A stretch of DNA of 63,794 nucleotides, filler included, from Rhabdomonas costata (Eukaryota): assembly GCA_019059605.1 (NCBI GenBank). It is 51 parts of 51 records of this genome, joined end to end, with 100 filler letters (N's around TTAATTAATTAA, not from the genome) between each part and the next. Parts side by side here need not be neighbours in the genome. Positions count along the whole stretch, not along the records: positions 58,888 to 60,039 come from JAHMHO010026040.1; positions 60,140 to 61,290 come from JAHMHO010026041.1; positions 61,391 to 62,542 come from JAHMHO010026042.1; positions 62,643 to 63,794 come from JAHMHO010026043.1; 47 more parts are not named here. The stretch is one strand, 5' to 3'. The position numbers were made by a program, and so were the translations under genes. Shown piece after piece: positions 59,971 to 63,794 of this stretch (position 1 is the stretch's first letter; the number at the start of each line of letters is the position of its first letter). The notes under the pieces are model-generated. The model was not told where the DNA came from. It saw nothing but the letters and a program-made list of their open reading frames with translations, and ran no database searches.

Positions 59971-62642
59971 GTACGTTCCCCACTTGGACTCTGCTCTCGC
60001 CACTCTCCCGTGTTTTAAACCATCATGAACCAGAGATCGNNNNNNNNNNNNNNNNNNNNNNNNNNNNNNNNNNNNNNNNNNNNTTAATTAATTAANNNNN
60101 NNNNNNNNNNNNNNNNNNNNNNNNNNNNNNNNNNNNNNNGTGTGTGGTGCGACATCATAACGGCCTGGGGAAAGAGAAAGAATGGAAAGAGGATGATGGG
60201 AACCCCGCTGGGGTGCATCTCATGCACGTGAAGCAACAAATACACGCTGAAATAGTTTTCGCGCCGGTCAGTGAGCGTTAAAGCTGAAACGATAATTCCG
60301 CAAAAAACTTGCCACGCAGCCTCGAGATATACTTCCACTCAAACGGTCGTTTTTTATATCCAAAAAACCCAACTATATTTCCTGAAACCATCCAGAGTCA
60401 TTTGCAATTCGGGAATCCAATGCGATTATGTCGTTTTTTCTGTGCACCGTTGTGAAAAGACCTGCTCCCATCAACCCTGTTGTTTGCGGTATTTCAACAT
60501 AAATTCCACAGCGATCTATTAAATACGAAATGTCACTTAGTTTTTTTATAAGGAGGCTTCTTTAATTCTTTTTTTGAAAGCGCGCTTTGGGTCGTTGCAC
60601 CCCTGGCACTTAATTACTGCGGGCTTGAACAATGCCAAAGACCAGAAAGGGACAAGGTGGGAACCCGGCCAGGCGGCCTCTATTTCCGCTCGCAAATAGC
60701 GGCCTCACAAAATAGGCGAGGGCTGCGGAAATGGGAAGGGACCGTGGTGGGACTCGAAGTTGCGACCACATGGAACAAACAAACAAACCAAAAACCAAAC
60801 AAAACTAAACCCCATCAACCAACCTGCGAACTAACTGCTGTCGTTCACCATGAAGAAATTGAGGGGAGGGGGGCCTTACGGGTCCATCTCCAACGGTTAA
60901 GAGTCCGGCCCGTCGCCGTGTAGGATATCGCTTAGTAGGAAAAGCGCGATGATTAGAGTACATCTAAACACTGTGGGATATTTCTTACCGTCCATCGACA
61001 AGCTCCAAGCTTTCCATACCTGCACAACTCAGACACACGCAACTCAGGTTAAGGGCACAACCCTGCTGCCTGCTGCGGCCCGTTACTACCACTAAAGGAG
61101 CTCGACACTTCCGGGCCCAAGCAAAAGCACCCGTAGCGGCGAGCATTAATGAACGGTAATGTCGGGGTACAACCATTTAAGCACTCACTTAGCGGAATCC
61201 TCCAGCCATCCAACGGACCACGCAGCGATACCTTGGGGTTTCCCGTGGTCCCACTGGTGTAGATCAGGCTGCAGCACTGCCCAGACGGGANNNNNNNNNN
61301 NNNNNNNNNNNNNNNNNNNNNNNNNNNNNNNNNNTTAATTAATTAANNNNNNNNNNNNNNNNNNNNNNNNNNNNNNNNNNNNNNNNNNNNGGTTGTGGGG
61401 GGTGGAAGACGAGGATCAGTGATGGGCTCGAGCGCGCATGCGGTCCTAATGTATTTCGGTCCATCTTATTATTACAACATCATTTTGATGTGCTTTTGCG
61501 TAGGCAGGCTGTAGGCGTGATGTAGATTCAGGACAAGGACAAAAAAATGCACGAGGTCAAATGGTGAGCACACCCTTACCCCTCCACCAACAACTCCTTC
61601 CCACCTGCCGAGGGCGCAGTACAATGATCAATGCAGTGAATAGCGGTCTCTCTTCCCCTCTGAAATTACTTTATCCTGCGCCGCACATTTTCCCGTTCTT
61701 CGGTGTTTTCAGCACATGGAACGCTGGGCTGATGACAAGGTTGTGCCTCCTCAGTGTTTGGCTGCGATGTGGCGCACACGCTCGCTGACAAGCATTGAGT
61801 GCCCCACCTCCCGAGCCCTCGGTCGCAGTGGCGATCAAAGCTCAGCGTCACTGAATTCATTGCAGTTTGAAGCGCAGGCGCTGCGCTGTGGCCACTAAAC
61901 CAGTTGTGGGCTTTTCGAATTGATTACCATCCATCTCCATCTCTCGTCACGCACATACAAGTCGGCCTGGGAGTGGGCCTGTCCTCGGGGGTCCACCCCA
62001 GTGCGCCGCACCGCCCCTGCCAACACCTTTTTATTTAATTCTATTCCGCTGCCAGAAACAAAACACACCACCTGTACGCACTTTCAAAGGAAAGAAAACA
62101 TTGCCGAGGAACGTAGAAAATAAATTCTTGAGGATTGCAGTTTGTGCGGCCTCGGCAAGTGGCAGTGCACCTCCCCCCCGACATTTCCTAATGAGTGCAT
62201 TCGGAAGAGAGAGCCAACGACGAGGAAACTCCGAAGTTACTCAGCCATTTCGAGATGCTCTGAATGGTAATGGGATTACAACAGGAAAACAGGAATCCCA
62301 TTCACCAGTGTCACAGTTCGGATGTCACACACGATTACACGGTCTACGAATCTCTTCTGTGCACGAAAATCCTCTTGAACTCTTCAGGAGGGGGGAGGAT
62401 GCCCGCGGTGGATGGCAATTACAAAAGGCCAAAAAATTCAACACGACCGTTCCAAATAAAAACGCAAGAAGAGCAAAACAGTCGAGGAGTTTATCACCGC
62501 GATTAAAAACCCTCAATGAAGATGTGCACCCCGCCCACGCACNNNNNNNNNNNNNNNNNNNNNNNNNNNNNNNNNNNNNNNNNNNNTTAATTAATTAANN
62601 NNNNNNNNNNNNNNNNNNNNNNNNNNNNNNNNNNNNNNNNNN

Positions 62643-63315
62643 TGTTGGGTGACGAGATACGGCAACGATGCCAACAGCTGGTGCACTTGGGATACCACAG
62701 GGTACCAGTCCCTGGACCCGCAATACACGTACACGGAGTTCATCGAGGTGAAGTTCGCGCACAAGCTGTACCCGCAGCAGCTGGTGCTCTATGAGGTACT
62801 CTGGCCGCTTTGAAGTTGTTCGACGATGTTTGTTGTCTGCGTCGCCGGAATCGCAGATATGCCTGACCTTCGGGGTGCAGTAGGTAAATTGTTTTCCTCC
62901 TGGACTTAGGCACACTGTAAGGAAGTGGAAACTAACTGGGGATTTCTCTAAATGTCCTTCGAAAGAGCTCGAGAGACGGCACCGTCCCCCACAAGAAGGT
63001 AGGGTTGGCGCCATGTATGTTTGCAATGTATATCTGCTTATGCAGAACGATGGCCCCCGGTCGGCTTGAGATTTGGCACCATCTCCCAGATTCCCAGATG
63101 CAAGTATATTTGGCGCTATGTCGCAACAATGTCTTGTTTTGCAGAATAATGGCCCCCGGTCTCTGGTTCGAGTACGTACCCCCGACCCGCGCACCTCGGA
63201 GGCCTGGCTGACGCTGTGGATGGGCAGCGTGATCGCCGCCGACCCCAATTCCCCCATAGAGCGGGTGATCCAGATCTGTGGCAGCCCGTTTCCCGTGGAC
63301 ACTCTTCGCCTGGAG
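62643..63315 (+). CDS. Galactose-binding-like (pappalysin/FBXL4 N-terminal-type) domain, two exons
   Basis: Exon <62643-62795 YGNDANSW...EFIEVKFAHKLYPQQLVLYE joins in phase 0 to 63145-~63315 NNGPRSLVRV...WLTLW.G...FPVDTLRLE. Confidence 0.7.
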
Positions 63316-63542
63316 GTGGCCACGACGACCCCTCTTCTCTATACCCATTCTGTGTTCTTCTCCAAAGGTGTGAATGGGTTGGTCGTCTCGTCTTCGCATC
63401 TGCATATGGGAAAGGGCGGTGCCAGAAGACTCGCCGCGACCTGAACGTCCGGAAAGGGCGGAGAATGCGTGCTGACGGAAGGCAGGCCTTTCTTTATTTC
63501 CAGAGTCGGTGCCCTCATTCGCACATTAGATTGGGCTTTGGC

Positions 63543-63784
63543 GGCAGGAGTGACGTAGCTTCTGGACCTCATTTGACATCCACAATTCAAAGCTTACCGT
63601 TAGACCCTCACTGCTCGAACTGTCAAGAGTGCTGCTTATCCCCTGCTTACCCATCCCTTCCGCAAACTTGGGCGACGGAAGTCCGCAGGATAGAATGGAG
63701 AGCTGGCAGGATAGAAACGCTCCCACCGAAAAAGCTTTGAATTGTGGATGTCAAATGAGGTCCAGAAGCTACGTCACTCCTGCC
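63543..63784. repeat. Perfect 53-bp inverted repeat with 136-nt spacer at contig end
   Basis: 63543-63595 is the exact reverse complement of 63732-63784. Confidence 0.95.
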
Positions 63785-63794
63785 CTCAAACACA

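Noticed and set aside
1154-62642. Regularly spaced identical TTAATTAATTAA repeats with unique ~1.15-kb spacers (CRISPR-, cassette- or nanochromosome-like)
   Set aside because: The repeat is embedded in N runs of fixed length and encodes six-frame stops, so it is a concatenation linker. Genes are truncated at the joins, so adjacency between contigs has no meaning.

Overview
This window is not a contiguous locus. It is 51 unrelated contigs of about 1,150-1,155 bp, joined by 50 identical 100-bp spacers (N44-TTAATTAATTAA-N44). Many contig ends carry G/T-only or C/A-only tails resembling the GenomePlex-type whole-genome-amplification (WGA) primer TGTGTTGGGTGTGTTTGG, so this is probably a fragmented single-cell amplified genome. 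The DNA is from an intron-rich eukaryote, most plausibly a euglenozoan (euglenid-like); this is inferred from a flagellar Ca-binding protein, GTGTG-type splice donors, a tandemly repeated C/D snoRNA cluster and an SSU guide matching AGCAGGUCUGUGA. Most ORF-track entries are spurious, and real coding sequence sits in short GT-AG exons. Recognisable gene pieces are FCaBP, a TTLL enzyme, AGPS, an NSDHL-like 3-beta-HSD, a TDP2-like enzyme, TRPV-like ankyrin repeats, a PstS-like domain, YeeE/YedE, a class I/II aminotransferase, an RI-type LRR protein, an ART-family ADP-ribosyltransferase and several surface-protein domains. The best candidates for new biology are: (1) an ADP-ribosyltransferase domain whose two consecutive exons lie on opposite strands, converging on a perfect 34-bp hairpin; (2) a 750-bp tandem or circular unit carrying three C/D snoRNAs; (3) several small palindromic or MITE families, including one carrying telomere-like repeats; (4) unusually degenerate 5' splice sites, including GC donors. 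WGA or assembly chimerism must be excluded for the hairpin-based observations.
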